Source: an uncultured cyanobacterium | GTDB taxonomy: Bacteria; Cyanobacteriota; Cyanobacteriia; Cyanobacteriales; CAWUOF01 | NCBI GenBank assembly: GCA_963744145.1 | Contig: CAVUSO010000001.1 | Coordinates: 7,104,001 to 7,168,000, forward strand | Length of the DNA stretch: 64,000 nucleotides | Direction of reading: 5' to 3' | Position numbers and translations under genes: made by a program | The notes under the pieces: generated by a model | Database searches by the model: none | What the model saw: the letters and a program-made list of their open reading frames with translations, nothing else | Told to the model about the DNA's origin: nothing | Shown here: positions 10,897 to 21,701 of the stretch, piece by piece | How the letters are laid out: every line of letters starts with the position of its first letter | How positions within the stretch are numbered: the stretch's first letter is position 1

Positions 10897-10937
10897 TAAA
10901 CAATTGTTTAGACAGGCTAAAACAGCTCTGATCCATC

Positions 10938-11564
10938 TTAACTAGGCTGAATTTGCTGACGAATTTTCTCACGAAACTCTAACAGTGCGGAGAGTGGATC
11001 AGGGTTTACCACATATTCAGCCAACATGGTTAAATCTAGATCGGGTAGTAACTCACTTTTGGGAATTTTTTTGTATTCTTCAGAACAAAGTTGATAAATG
11101 TCAAACTGATTATTCTGCCAGAACCAGATTTCTCTAATGTTAAGTTTTTTGTAAACCGCTAACTTATCTATACCACCCGATGTCAGCACTACCTCAATTG
11201 CCAGATCGGGAAGTTCCTTTTCCTCGTTTATACAGTAGCACTCGTCTGGTTCTGTACCGCCTTTCTTTTCTGGCTGACGAAAAGTCGTTGAACCTAATCC
11301 CCAGAATGGTGTGCGCGTTTCTTCAAAATACACTTCCAATAACCTGCTAATATTCTTCTTGCTGACTTCGTGACGACGACTGGGGGACATAATTTCTAGC
11401 ACTCCCTCCCCATAAGTCACCCGATACCGAGGACGATCGCCCAACTTTACCAGGATTTCCTCGTACTGTTCCCAGCTCACACTACTGGTAATAAATCTTT
11501 CTTCTGGGTCATCGGTAATCAGTTCTAGTTCATTGGCAATGTCTTTGAGCAAAAATACAGTCAT
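10938..11564 (-). CDS. Uma2 family endonuclease-fold protein
   Basis: VSWEQYE, LEIMSP, GSTTF, EPDECY, PDLAIEV, EIWFW. Confidence 0.9.
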   Translation of the reverse strand: MTVFLLKDIANELELITDDPEERFITSSVSWEQYEEILVKLGDRPRYRVTYGEGVLEIMSPSRRHEVSKKNISRLLEVYFEETRTPFWGLGSTTFRQPEKKGGTEPDECYCINEEKELPDLAIEVVLTSGGIDKLAVYKKLNIREIWFWQNNQFDIYQLCSEEYKKIPKSELLPDLDLTMLAEYVVNPDPLSALLEFREKIRQQIQPS

Positions 11565-12001
11565 TCCGCTTCCTGCTTAATCCTTTTGATCATAGCTCTT
11601 AAAAAACGACATAAAAATTATAAATAAAAAACTACACACAGATCCCCTAATATTCGCCAAAATAGATTGTAAGAGTAAAATGCTGCGAAACTTTTGAGTA
11701 AAGGCTATGCTGGTTCCGTGGACTAAAATTTTGCTAGACCAAGTTGGGAATAATGAATTAAAGGAGAACTCATTGCCCTAAAAGCGATCCGATCGCCCAT
11801 TTTAGGCAAATACCTCAGCCTCTCGCAGGGGTGATCTAAATTAGCTCTGCAAATACAAATATTTAGCTTGGTCGGAGTGATTCAGAGGTAAATACTCAAA
11901 TCATCCCATCACCAGAGATTTACAGACCATCAGGAAAGCTTCACCTAAAACTTGCTTTCCTCACGATCCAAACCAGTTTTTATATCCAGCGAGAAAAATA
12001 G

Positions 12002-14008
12002 ATGACTAACACCTCATCGCAACGACGAGCTCTTGTTGTCCAAAGTAATTTTTCCCCCTTCGGTAATAAGCTGATCCAATCAGGCTACATTAGCCCCGAT
12101 CAGATGCAGCAAGCCCAAGCCCAAAGCCGTAACGAAAAACGCCCTTTAACTGAAGTTTTAGAAGCAATTACTGGAAAACAACTACCTCCAGAATTGCAAC
12201 GTCAGTATAAAAAACAGCAATTATTTGAACTGAAAATTGTATACGGAGTTGAAGCTTTCGATCCGGAGATTAGTCAGATTTCCAATGAGCAAATTGGCCA
12301 ATTGCTCGAAACTTTATCCTTCACTATAGATACTTGTCGGCGGTATCTATTTTTACCATTAACTCAGCCAAATAGCGAACCACCTTCGACTTTAATTGCG
12401 ATGGTGAACCCGGATAATTTAGAAGCACAAGATGAATTAAACCGGGTATTACGTCCCAAAGGCTGGAGTTGGCAACGACGGGTAATTACCAGAGAAGATT
12501 ACGAACAACTAACTTCCGGTTATTTAGACGAACAACTTAAAATAGCAGCAGCTCAAAAGAAAGATGACGAGAGCCGTCGGTTCTCGGAGATCGCGATTGG
12601 AGATGATGGCGAATTAGAAGATGCACCGCTTGATGATAGTATGGACTTAGATAAAGCCATATCTGAATCAGAAGCATCTTCTACCCCGATCGTTGATGCT
12701 GTGAACAAAATCTTGGCGAAAGCTTTGTCAGAAAAAGTCTCCGATATCCACGTTGAACCCCAAGAAGAATTCATGCGGATTCGGATGCGTAAAGATGGGG
12801 TATTGCAAGAATATTTTACTCTACCTAAAAAAATAGTACCAGCCATTACCTCTCGGTTCAAAATCATTTCTGATATGGATATTGCCGAACGTAGACAAGC
12901 TCAGGATGGTCGGATTCGACGGGTATTCCAGGGACGGACAGTAGACTTCCGGGTCAATAGTTTACCAAGTCGCTATGGCGAAAAAATTGTTTTGCGGATT
13001 TTGGATAGTTCTAGCACCCAGTTGGGTTTGGATAAATTAATTTCTGATCCAGATACCCTGGCTTTAGTGCGAGAAACTGCTAGTCGTCCCTTCGGATTAA
13101 TTCTAGTAACTGGGCCAACAGGATCAGGAAAATCAACTAGTTTGTACTCCATCTTGGCAGAACGAAATGATCCAGGGGTGAATATTAGTACCGCAGAAGA
13201 CCCGATTGAATATGCTTTACCTGGTATCACCCAATGTCAAGTAATTCGAGATAAAAACTTGACCTTTTCCAATATCCTGCGGGCATTTTTGCGGCAAGAT
13301 CCAGATGTGCTACTAGTAGGAGAAACACGCGATAAAGAAACAGCAAAAACAGCCCTAGAAGCAGCGTTAACAGGACACTTAGTGTTAACCACCCTCCATA
13401 CTAATGATGCAGCAGGTGCGATCGCCCGTTTAGATGAAATGGGAGTTGAGCCATTCATGGTGTCAGCTGCACTATTAGGTGTATTGGCTCAACGTCTGAT
13501 GCGTCGAGTTTGCGATCAGTGTCGAATTGCTTATACTCCCACTTCAGACGAACTCGCCCACTTTGGTCTGTCTGCTTCAAAGGAAGCAGATATAACCTTT
13601 TATAAAGCCAATACAATACCCCCCGATCAGCGCAAAGCAGCCGATCGCCATAGTCTGTGCGAAAAATGTGGTGGACTTGGCTACAAAGGTCGTGTAGGTG
13701 TCTATGAATTCCTGAAAGTAACGGAACGACTGCAAGGCTTAATCGCTCAAGGTGCAAATACAGAGCGGATTAAAGAAGCGGCAGTAGAAGAAGGGATGGT
13801 AACATTGCTAGCCTACAGCTTAAACCTAGTTCGCCAAGGTCACACTACCCTGGAAGAGGTAGAACGGGTTACTTTTACCGATACTGGGTTAGAAGCAGAA
13901 ATAAAAGCCAAACGCAAAAGCAGTCTTACTTGTCTGACTTGTGGTGCCGGATTACAACAAGAATGGATAGATTGTCCTTATTGCCTAACAGTTCGTTATA
14001 TAGACTAA
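12002..14008 (+). CDS. pilB: Type IV pilus assembly ATPase PilB (cyanobacterial, C-terminal Cys4 extension)
   Basis: GPTGSGKS, EDPIEY, LRQDPD, THTND-like box; C-terminal CLTC...CPYC. Confidence 0.95.
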   Translation: MTNTSSQRRALVVQSNFSPFGNKLIQSGYISPDQMQQAQAQSRNEKRPLTEVLEAITGKQLPPELQRQYKKQQLFELKIVYGVEAFDPEISQISNEQIGQLLETLSFTIDTCRRYLFLPLTQPNSEPPSTLIAMVNPDNLEAQDELNRVLRPKGWSWQRRVITREDYEQLTSGYLDEQLKIAAAQKKDDESRRFSEIAIGDDGELEDAPLDDSMDLDKAISESEASSTPIVDAVNKILAKALSEKVSDIHVEPQEEFMRIRMRKDGVLQEYFTLPKKIVPAITSRFKIISDMDIAERRQAQDGRIRRVFQGRTVDFRVNSLPSRYGEKIVLRILDSSSTQLGLDKLISDPDTLALVRETASRPFGLILVTGPTGSGKSTSLYSILAERNDPGVNISTAEDPIEYALPGITQCQVIRDKNLTFSNILRAFLRQDPDVLLVGETRDKETAKTALEAALTGHLVLTTLHTNDAAGAIARLDEMGVEPFMVSAALLGVLAQRLMRRVCDQCRIAYTPTSDELAHFGLSASKEADITFYKANTIPPDQRKAADRHSLCEKCGGLGYKGRVGVYEFLKVTERLQGLIAQGANTERIKEAAVEEGMVTLLAYSLNLVRQGHTTLEEVERVTFTDTGLEAEIKAKRKSSLTCLTCGAGLQQEWIDCPYCLTVRYID

Positions 14009-14045
14009 AAGACATAGCACAATTTTTGATTAAGGAGAAACATCG

Positions 14046-15161
14046 ATGGCTGATTTGATGATTGAAGACATTTTGGAAGCCTTAGTCGAAAAAGGCGGAT
14101 CAGACGTACACATTCAAGCTGGTGCCCCTGTCTATTTCCGGGTGAGTGGAAAATTAACCCCCCAACCACAATTTGGTGAAAATTTTCCACCAGATCAATG
14201 TCAAAGACTGATCTTCCAAATGCTCAACAATTCCCAAAGGAAAGACTTAGAACAAAATTGGGAACTAGATAGCTCTTATGGTGTCAAGGGGTTAGCTCGT
14301 TTCCGTCTCAATGTTTATCGGGAAAGAGGATGCTGGGCAGCTTGTATGCGGGCTTTATCCTCGAAAATTCCTAACTTTGATGTGTTAGGTCTACCAAACA
14401 TTGTGCGGGAAGCAACAGAAAGACCAAGGGGAATGGTATTGGTAACTGGACAAACTGGGTCTGGTAAAACCACCACCATGGCAGCGATGATCGATTTAGT
14501 TAATCGGACTCGTGCTGAACATATTCTCACCGTAGAAGATCCGATCGAATATGTTTTCCCCAATGTCAAAAGTTTGGTTCACCAACGTCAAAAAGGTGAA
14601 GATACTAAGAGTTTTTCTAATGCACTTAAAGGTGCCTTGCGTCAAGACCCAGATATCATTCTGGTTGGAGAAATGCGAGACTTAGAAACCATTAGTCTAG
14701 CAATGTCTGCTGCGGAAACGGGTCACTTGGTATTTGGGACTCTGCACACCAACTCAGCATCAGGAACCATTGACCGGATTCTGGACGTATTTCCCCCGAT
14801 TCAACAACCGCAAATCCGGGCAATGATGTCTAACTCATTAGTAGCAGTTTTCAGTCAATGTTTAGTGTCAAAAGCCAATCCTAAACCAGGAGAATATGGT
14901 CGGGTCATGGCTCAGGAAATTATGATCAATACCCCAGCGATCGCGAACTTAATTCGTGAAGGTAAAACCACTCAAATTTATTCCTCAATTCAGATGGGGG
15001 CTAAAGTTGGGATGCAAACGATGGAAATGGCTTTAGCAGGATTCTATAAAAAGGGATTAATTTCCTATGAAGCGGGAATGAGTAAGTCTTCTCGACCTGA
15101 TGAATTAGCTCGTTTGATCGGTCCAGCACCAGACGGAGTTCCGGCTAAAGCAGCTCACTAA
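14046..15161 (+). CDS. pilT: Type IV pilus retraction ATPase PilT
   Basis: GQTGSGKTTT, EDPIE, ALRQDPD, AIANLIRE. Confidence 0.95.
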   Translation: MADLMIEDILEALVEKGGSDVHIQAGAPVYFRVSGKLTPQPQFGENFPPDQCQRLIFQMLNNSQRKDLEQNWELDSSYGVKGLARFRLNVYRERGCWAACMRALSSKIPNFDVLGLPNIVREATERPRGMVLVTGQTGSGKTTTMAAMIDLVNRTRAEHILTVEDPIEYVFPNVKSLVHQRQKGEDTKSFSNALKGALRQDPDIILVGEMRDLETISLAMSAAETGHLVFGTLHTNSASGTIDRILDVFPPIQQPQIRAMMSNSLVAVFSQCLVSKANPKPGEYGRVMAQEIMINTPAIANLIREGKTTQIYSSIQMGAKVGMQTMEMALAGFYKKGLISYEAGMSKSSRPDELARLIGPAPDGVPAKAAH

Positions 15162-15311
15162 AGCAGGTGTTAAGGGTGAGGTGTCAGAGATCAGATTTGA
15201 GGTTTCAGGATTGTTTTCTTTGACCATAAAACCTGATTCCTGGCATCGGAAATTTTTTCCTATCATCTGACACCTATTAATAATTTACTAGCATTAATTT
15301 AGAGGTAATTT

Positions 15312-16454
15312 ATGGTTGCAGATGCTAAAATGAAAAAAAAAGGTTTTGATTTCAATGAACTTCAAGACCAGATTAATTGCGCGATGTCCCCGGTGACAAT
15401 TAAGGATTTATCGATTTTTTCGCGCCAATTTGCTGCGATGTTTAATGCTGGCGTAGCAATGATTAGATGTCTTCAGGTATTAACTGAACAATGTCCTAAT
15501 CCGAAGTTAAGAAGAGCATTAATTCAAATTAGTGCTGAAGTCCAAGAGGGAACAAATTTATCTGAAGCAATGCGAAAACATACGGATTGCTTTGATGTAC
15601 TTTTTATCAGTATGGTGGCAGCAGGAGAGGTCGGTGGGGTGCTAGATGAAGTGCTGAACCGAACTGCAAAAATGATGGAAGATGCCGCTAGACTAGAAAA
15701 CGAATTAAAATCAGCGATGTCTTATCCAAAAACTGTTGGTGGGATTGCTGTGGTGATTTTTTTAGGAATGACAATTTTTCTACTCCCAACTTTTACCGGG
15801 ATTTTTGAACAACTAAAAGTGGAACTACCTCCCTTCACTCAAGCGATGATGAATATCAGTGAATTTCTCAGAGGTCCATTTTTACCACCCCCCAAACAGG
15901 GTTATGGAATCGTATTTTTTGTAGCTGGTTTGTTTGGAGCAAAACAACTCTATGAGATGTACTACAAAACACCAATGGGTCGGGTCCAAATTGATGGAAT
16001 ATTGTTGAAAATGCCGATTTTTGGAGATTTAATTGAAAAGACGGCGATCGCCCGTTTTTGTAACGTTTTTGGTACTTTAACTCGTTCCGGAGTGCCGATT
16101 TTAAACTCCTTAGAAATTGTGCGTGAAACCGCAGGAAACCAAGTAATTGCTAATGCAGTTGATGCGGTGCGTACTGATATTCAAAGTGGGGGGATGATTA
16201 GTACAACGATGAAACGAGAAGGAGTTTTCCCAGCTCTAGCGATTCAAATGATTGCGATCGGTGAAGAGACTGGGGAATTAGACAAAATGTTGATGAAAGT
16301 TGGTTCTTTTTATGAAGATGAAGTAGAACAGGCAATTAAAGGACTTACCAGTATGTTGGAACCATTGATGATTGTAGTCATCGGGGGGATGGTAGGTTCA
16401 ATTCTGCTTTCGATGTATCTACCAATTTTCAAAGTTATGGATGCGATCAAGTAG
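15312..16454 (+). CDS. pilC: Type IV pilus platform protein PilC (GspF family)
   Basis: FSRQFAAM, AGEVGGVLD, GEETGELD, LEPLMI. Confidence 0.95.
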   Translation: MVADAKMKKKGFDFNELQDQINCAMSPVTIKDLSIFSRQFAAMFNAGVAMIRCLQVLTEQCPNPKLRRALIQISAEVQEGTNLSEAMRKHTDCFDVLFISMVAAGEVGGVLDEVLNRTAKMMEDAARLENELKSAMSYPKTVGGIAVVIFLGMTIFLLPTFTGIFEQLKVELPPFTQAMMNISEFLRGPFLPPPKQGYGIVFFVAGLFGAKQLYEMYYKTPMGRVQIDGILLKMPIFGDLIEKTAIARFCNVFGTLTRSGVPILNSLEIVRETAGNQVIANAVDAVRTDIQSGGMISTTMKREGVFPALAIQMIAIGEETGELDKMLMKVGSFYEDEVEQAIKGLTSMLEPLMIVVIGGMVGSILLSMYLPIFKVMDAIK

Positions 16455-16616
16455 ATGAAGACATATCCGAAAATGTCTATTTTCGGATATATAGCAATCT
16501 GTGAAATTGTCCTCTCTTCTTCTCGGTATTAGAGATTAAATGTAGGGGTATATAGCTTGTCCACGCCAAAAATCCTGCGCTCTGATGTAACCAATTAGAA
16601 ACTAAAACACAGAACT

Positions 16617-17246
16617 ATGTCTGTTAAAAAAATGGACTACGAAGAATTACTAACCCAATATAGCAGTCCTGAAGCTGTGACCAAATTACTGAGGTTATAT
16701 CGTCCCTATTTAGAAATGATTCCCAGTATGCGTCGTCCTCATGAGAGCATAATTGCAATTCCTTTACCAACAGTCAGAATTACTCCTCCTTTAACATGGC
16801 AAAGTTCGCTAACATCGCAATCAGGATCTAAAGAAACAGATAAATCTGGTAGAGCTGCCACAATCCTACCTTGCGATGTAGGAATTTTGATGTGTGATCC
16901 AGAATGGAAAGTAAAACTAGAACCAGAAATTTTGGTTTTCATCCAACGTCCTAAAGAAGATTTTTATGAATTTATCAGTCGATGGCGTCAGACTCAAGTA
17001 TTTTTAGATAAAAGCTATGAGTGGATTATGCCTTTGCGTTATAAACATATTTATGGTGAAGGAGCAGAAAAAGCTTATCCTTTATTTGTTGTTTTTGAAA
17101 AAACTCCAGAACGAATTAAGCGCGGTTTAAAAGGAGCTGGGTTACCTTTTGTTGTTCATGCTTTAGAGCCAGAAATTGAAGCAAAACAAGAATTACCAAC
17201 TGAAATTGCCGAAGCGTTTGAAGAAGAAATGCCCGCTAATGAATAA
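16617..17246 (+). CDS. Conserved cyanobacterial hypothetical protein
   Basis: 209-aa ORF with YRPYLEMIPSMRR and LMCDPEWK. Confidence 0.7.
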   Translation: MSVKKMDYEELLTQYSSPEAVTKLLRLYRPYLEMIPSMRRPHESIIAIPLPTVRITPPLTWQSSLTSQSGSKETDKSGRAATILPCDVGILMCDPEWKVKLEPEILVFIQRPKEDFYEFISRWRQTQVFLDKSYEWIMPLRYKHIYGEGAEKAYPLFVVFEKTPERIKRGLKGAGLPFVVHALEPEIEAKQELPTEIAEAFEEEMPANE

Positions 17247-17283
17247 TAGGTTGGGGCGAAAATCATCGCCCCTGATTTAACAA

Positions 17284-18300
17284 CTATTTGACAAACTGAG
17301 GCATAATTTCTGCTGCTGTAAATAAACCGTAAATTCCTCGACGATGTAAGGATATACCAGCTTTGAGATAACCAAAAGCAGGTCCACAAACATTAGCAGC
17401 CATACTGGTTTCATCACCGAGAGTGAAGGTATGAGTAGAAATTTTGCCCTCAAAGGTGCGACCGGTGACCTGAACATTAGTGCTAAGTGGTTTTTTCGCA
17501 TTACGGGTATCCACAATTCCCCCAACTGTTACCCGATCGCGATCGCAAATTCCCGCTAACTCTAACATTAAGTCATCGGCGTGTTCCATATTCTCTAAAG
17601 TGATTAAACCGTTAGTAGTATCTAGTAAGGCTGCTACTTCAGCATCACTCATAGCTCGAGCTTTTTCCACATTGTAACCGGGTAAATGGGCGATATCTTC
17701 GCGGATTGTGGCTCGATAAGCTTCCCAATTAGCAATTCCGACCCCAAAGGTAATTTTCACACTATGAATTTCCGCATAACTTTGAGCTGCGATCGCTGCT
17801 GCTGCGGTTAATAATCCGGGAGTTGCTCCACAACCAGTCATGTAAGTAATTTCTGCTGTTTGGAGTTCGTCTTTTAACTCTAGGAGTAATTCTAGAGCGC
17901 TAGTTCGTTTGATCGCATCCACTAATACCCCTTTCCAACCCGATTGGATCAACTCACGGGCAACAGAAGCCATAAAATTATTAGGTAAATTGGGTAAAGC
18001 GAGGAAATATCCATCGACTTGGGTAGGTGGTGAGATGAGTTCGGTAATACTGCGATCGGTAATTTTCCCTCCTGATGCTAAATATCCTAAAGATCCTTGA
18101 GCTTTATAAGTAGCAATACAGGAATCCGGATTTAGCCCTTGACTATCATACACATAACCTTTTTGATCGGCGGCGGCTACCCAAATCATTTCTTGTTTAG
18201 GTGTAATCAGCTTCGCTGCTGCTTGTCCCAGCCCACCAAAACCGAGTATTCCAACTCGAATCGAACTATTGACTTGATTGAGAATTTGCTTGGCACTCAT
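17284..18300 (-). CDS. bioU: BioU, 8-amino-7-oxononanoate carboxylating dehydrogenase (biotin synthesis)
   Basis: GFGGLG Rossmann motif, LVDAIKRT with the conserved Lys, GCGATPG, EHADD, TSMAANV. Confidence 0.85.
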   Translation of the reverse strand: MSAKQILNQVNSSIRVGILGFGGLGQAAAKLITPKQEMIWVAAADQKGYVYDSQGLNPDSCIATYKAQGSLGYLASGGKITDRSITELISPPTQVDGYFLALPNLPNNFMASVARELIQSGWKGVLVDAIKRTSALELLLELKDELQTAEITYMTGCGATPGLLTAAAAIAAQSYAEIHSVKITFGVGIANWEAYRATIREDIAHLPGYNVEKARAMSDAEVAALLDTTNGLITLENMEHADDLMLELAGICDRDRVTVGGIVDTRNAKKPLSTNVQVTGRTFEGKISTHTFTLGDETSMAANVCGPAFGYLKAGISLHRRGIYGLFTAAEIMPQFVK

Positions 18301-18473
18301 TACTTAATTATTGCTCATTTTTCTTGATCGATTTTAGGTCAATTGAGCAGATATCAGCGCGTAATACCAGTTTGATAAATTGACCCTACAGATCATACAG
18401 CAGACCTATTTATGAAGTCCAGTAGTGTGAGCGGTGGGGTCAGGTTAACCCAAATACTCCAGCGATCGGATAG

Positions 18474-20462
18474 CTATTTAGTTTTAGATTCAACGGTGAC
18501 TCCCCAAGTATCTAAGGTCGTCCCTAGGGATTGATCGAGATTGGTCAAAGCGTTAAGATAAGTAATTTTAGCAACAAGTTCGTTAATTTTAGCTGTTACT
18601 AAAGCATCTTGATAAGTAACAATTTGAAAAAGGCTAGTAGAAGTTAGTCCTAATTTGTGTTTTTCTTCTTCGTTCTCTAATTGTTTTTCTGATGATTCCC
18701 GTGCTTGTCGAGTAAGTTCCACTTGTTGAAGACTCGAATTCACATTTCTGACGCTATTAGTTATTTCAATATCTATATTTTCCTGCAACTGGGCTAACTT
18801 GTTCTCTGATTCCAATAAATTGACTCGGTTACGTTGAAAGCTGTCTTCCACTGCATAATTATTGCCAAAGGTTCGACTCAATGTAAATTTTGCTTGTAAA
18901 GCTGCGGTTCCTACTTGTGCAGTACCATTCATATTGCCATAACTCGCATTAAAATCTAAATTCCAGCGTCGATTATCTGCTGCTATTAATAGGTTATATT
19001 TGTTCATATCATGGGTAAATTTTTGCTGTAAATAATCTGGTCGATTTTCAAAAGCTAGCTGTTTTAATCTATTTACATCTAAAGATTTTGCGGTGATGGT
19101 GAGATTTTCGATTGGGATAATATTAAGATTACGTTCAATATTCAGAAGATTGAGAAGTTGTAGTCTGGCTGTATCAAGAGCATCTTCTGCACTTAATAAA
19201 CTTGCTTTTTGGTTAGCAACATTAGTTTCATTTTGAACCAGATCAACTCGTGCTGATTTTCCTGCTTCAATAAAAGCCTGAGTAATTTCTAATAATTTCT
19301 GAGCACTAGCTAAGGAAATGCGCTGGATTTCTGCTTGTTGTTGGGCTTGAATTAAAGTTCTATAAGCTACAATAGCGTTAGTAATAGTGGTGATTAGGGT
19401 TGATTTTAAACCTTGAATGTTAGCGCGTTCAGTAAGTCGAGCAATGGCAATAGATGCTTGGTTGATATTAGCACCAAATCCTTGTAATAGGGGTTGATTA
19501 AAAGCTACCTGAAAAGCTTGATTGACGTTACCTTGGGTGATGAGATTACCAGACCCATTTGTCGTTGGTGATTGTCCTATTCCGGTCCAGCTAAAATCAA
19601 ATTCTCCACCCGTAGGAATCTTGACAGCAACTGTTGCTCCTACTCCGATTTGGCTAGAATTTGAGCTACTATAACCAACATCTTGTCGATTAATTGAAGC
19701 TGAGATACTAGGGATAATGCTAGGAACATATTTACTTTCTGCGACGCTGAGGTCTGCTCTTTGTGCTATTCTCTCTAAATAAGCAGTTTTGATATCTCTA
19801 TTATTTGCTAAAGCTAAAGTTACTACGTCAGCAAGGGTTAATTTGATTCCCTGTTGAGGTGGAACTAGAACTGATTTGTCTGGTGCTACACTAGGTTGAG
19901 GTGTGACTGGAACTGATTTGTCTGGTGCTATACTAGGTTGAGGTGTGATTGGAACTGATTTGTCTGGTGCTATACTAGGTTGAGGTGTGATTGGAATTGG
20001 TTGATCTGGTGCTACAGTAGGTTGAGGTGTGACTGGCTCTAGATTACTTACTAATAAATGTTTTGATGGTTGATTAACGGTAATTAATTGTTTGTTGTCA
20101 GAGTCGCGATCGCTTTGAGCCAAAATCACTGGTTGAGCCGTTAATCGATGATCAGTCAATTTTTCGACTTTATGACTAGATGGAGCCAGATCAGTAGTTG
20201 TTTGTTGATGATCTAAATCTAGAGATGAATTAATATTTGCTGATAATGCCCCTAGTAAAGATTTTTCTGGTAATAAGGTTTCAGCGCTAGCTTTAGCAGC
20301 AAATTTTAGATGGGATTTAAACAGAAAAGTAAAAATAGACAAAATACTGACTATCACACTAATTATCGCGATCGCTTTGATCACACTCACCCCGACAGGT
20401 TGAAAAAAGCGATCGCGTTGAACTTTTATTTTTTGGGGAGAACTTGGTGGTAACTCTGGCAT
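18474..20462 (-). CDS. TolC-family outer membrane efflux protein with an N-terminal Pro-rich repeat
   Basis: LTLADVVTLALANN, QPLLQGFG, OEP-type coiled segments. Confidence 0.9.
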   Translation of the reverse strand: MPELPPSSPQKIKVQRDRFFQPVGVSVIKAIAIISVIVSILSIFTFLFKSHLKFAAKASAETLLPEKSLLGALSANINSSLDLDHQQTTTDLAPSSHKVEKLTDHRLTAQPVILAQSDRDSDNKQLITVNQPSKHLLVSNLEPVTPQPTVAPDQPIPITPQPSIAPDKSVPITPQPSIAPDKSVPVTPQPSVAPDKSVLVPPQQGIKLTLADVVTLALANNRDIKTAYLERIAQRADLSVAESKYVPSIIPSISASINRQDVGYSSSNSSQIGVGATVAVKIPTGGEFDFSWTGIGQSPTTNGSGNLITQGNVNQAFQVAFNQPLLQGFGANINQASIAIARLTERANIQGLKSTLITTITNAIVAYRTLIQAQQQAEIQRISLASAQKLLEITQAFIEAGKSARVDLVQNETNVANQKASLLSAEDALDTARLQLLNLLNIERNLNIIPIENLTITAKSLDVNRLKQLAFENRPDYLQQKFTHDMNKYNLLIAADNRRWNLDFNASYGNMNGTAQVGTAALQAKFTLSRTFGNNYAVEDSFQRNRVNLLESENKLAQLQENIDIEITNSVRNVNSSLQQVELTRQARESSEKQLENEEEKHKLGLTSTSLFQIVTYQDALVTAKINELVAKITYLNALTNLDQSLGTTLDTWGVTVESKTK
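19853..20037 (-). repeat. 39-bp coding tandem repeat (PVTPQPSIAPDKS x~4.5)
   Basis: Seen directly in the TolC N-terminal region. Confidence 0.85.
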
Positions 20463-20496
20463 AATTACTAAAATTCCCTGATTCTAATAAGTCCAT

Positions 20497-21672
20497 TTAT
20501 GAACTACGCAAAGCTTTAACCGGATCGAGCTGACTAGCACGGAGAGCAGGTAGAAATCCAGACCCCACACCCACCAGTAGTGCTGAACCCAAAGATATGG
20601 TAGCAGTTCCCATATCAAAATGATAGGGTAATTTAAAAGTATCAGATACGACAATGGTCAAACCATGCACAACAATAATAGCAGCCAAACCACCGAATAA
20701 ACTTAAAATAGCTGCTTCTAGAATAAATTGGAACAGGACATCCTGCTGAGTTGCTCCGATCGCAATTCGTAAACCAATTTCTGGAGTACGTTCAATCACT
20801 GCGGCAATGGTAATATTAGCAATACCGACACCACCAACCAATAGGGAAATTGCACCTACTACGGTCAAAGCTCGCGATGCTAATACTAGAGTTTCTCGTT
20901 GTTCAAGAATATCTTTGATATTCTTGAAAATCAATATCTCTGCACCAGGAAACCGCTGTAACAACAGTTTTTTTACCTGCTCTTCGAGTTTGTTCAAATC
21001 TTCTAAATTGTATGGCCTTATTTCAATTGGATTGATCCAACGTCTACCGGTCATTGCAGTAAGGAGGGATAGTGGTACTAACATTTGTCCGCGAGGTTTA
21101 TCGTCTTTATAGAGCAACTTAGTTTCCATAACTCCTACAACAATATAGAGTCTACCGTCAGCATAAATCCGCTGATTGATGGGATTTTGTTGATTAAAAA
21201 GTTGCTCAGATAGCAATTCATCAATAATCACTACGGGTCGATAATTACTAAAATCAGCCTTATTTAAAAATCGTCCTTTTAGAATTAACCTACCTGAAGT
21301 AATTAAATAATTTTCAGAAACAGCAGTGATATCAAGATCAGCCGCTTTATCTTGAAATTTAATTTGATTGGCGGGAAACCAAGTAGAGGTACTCATTGCT
21401 TGCACACCCACTAACCGTCGTTTTAACCATTCCATGTCTTCTAACATCAGCTTTCTACTATCTTTAAACCATACATAAACTGTAACTCTCGGAGCTTCCC
21501 GTTTAGCTAATTGCTGTGCAATCACACTGCTACTAATATTACCAACTTGCAAAGTCGCATTCACCGCAGCCACCCCCATGAATACTCCCACCGTAGTAAG
21601 AACAGAGCGTAAAGGATTACCGCGCAGAGAATCCCAAGTAAGAGTTAGTAAATCTAAAACTGCTAGACTCAT
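20497..21672 (-). CDS. MacB/FtsX-like ABC transporter permease
   Basis: RSVLTTVGVFMG, VGGVGIANI, ERTPEIGLRIAIGA, LDPVKALRS. Confidence 0.9.
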   Translation of the reverse strand: MSLAVLDLLTLTWDSLRGNPLRSVLTTVGVFMGVAAVNATLQVGNISSSVIAQQLAKREAPRVTVYVWFKDSRKLMLEDMEWLKRRLVGVQAMSTSTWFPANQIKFQDKAADLDITAVSENYLITSGRLILKGRFLNKADFSNYRPVVIIDELLSEQLFNQQNPINQRIYADGRLYIVVGVMETKLLYKDDKPRGQMLVPLSLLTAMTGRRWINPIEIRPYNLEDLNKLEEQVKKLLLQRFPGAEILIFKNIKDILEQRETLVLASRALTVVGAISLLVGGVGIANITIAAVIERTPEIGLRIAIGATQQDVLFQFILEAAILSLFGGLAAIIVVHGLTIVVSDTFKLPYHFDMGTATISLGSALLVGVGSGFLPALRASQLDPVKALRSS

Positions 21673-21701
21673 AATTTAGATCCGGAGCATTAAATAATTT
21701 T

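Noticed and set aside
12553..14569. Antisense ORFs within pilB/pilT (and similar ones in lipA, ABC-F, bioU, the exporters and DUF499)
   Set aside because: Shadow ORFs on well-supported genes.
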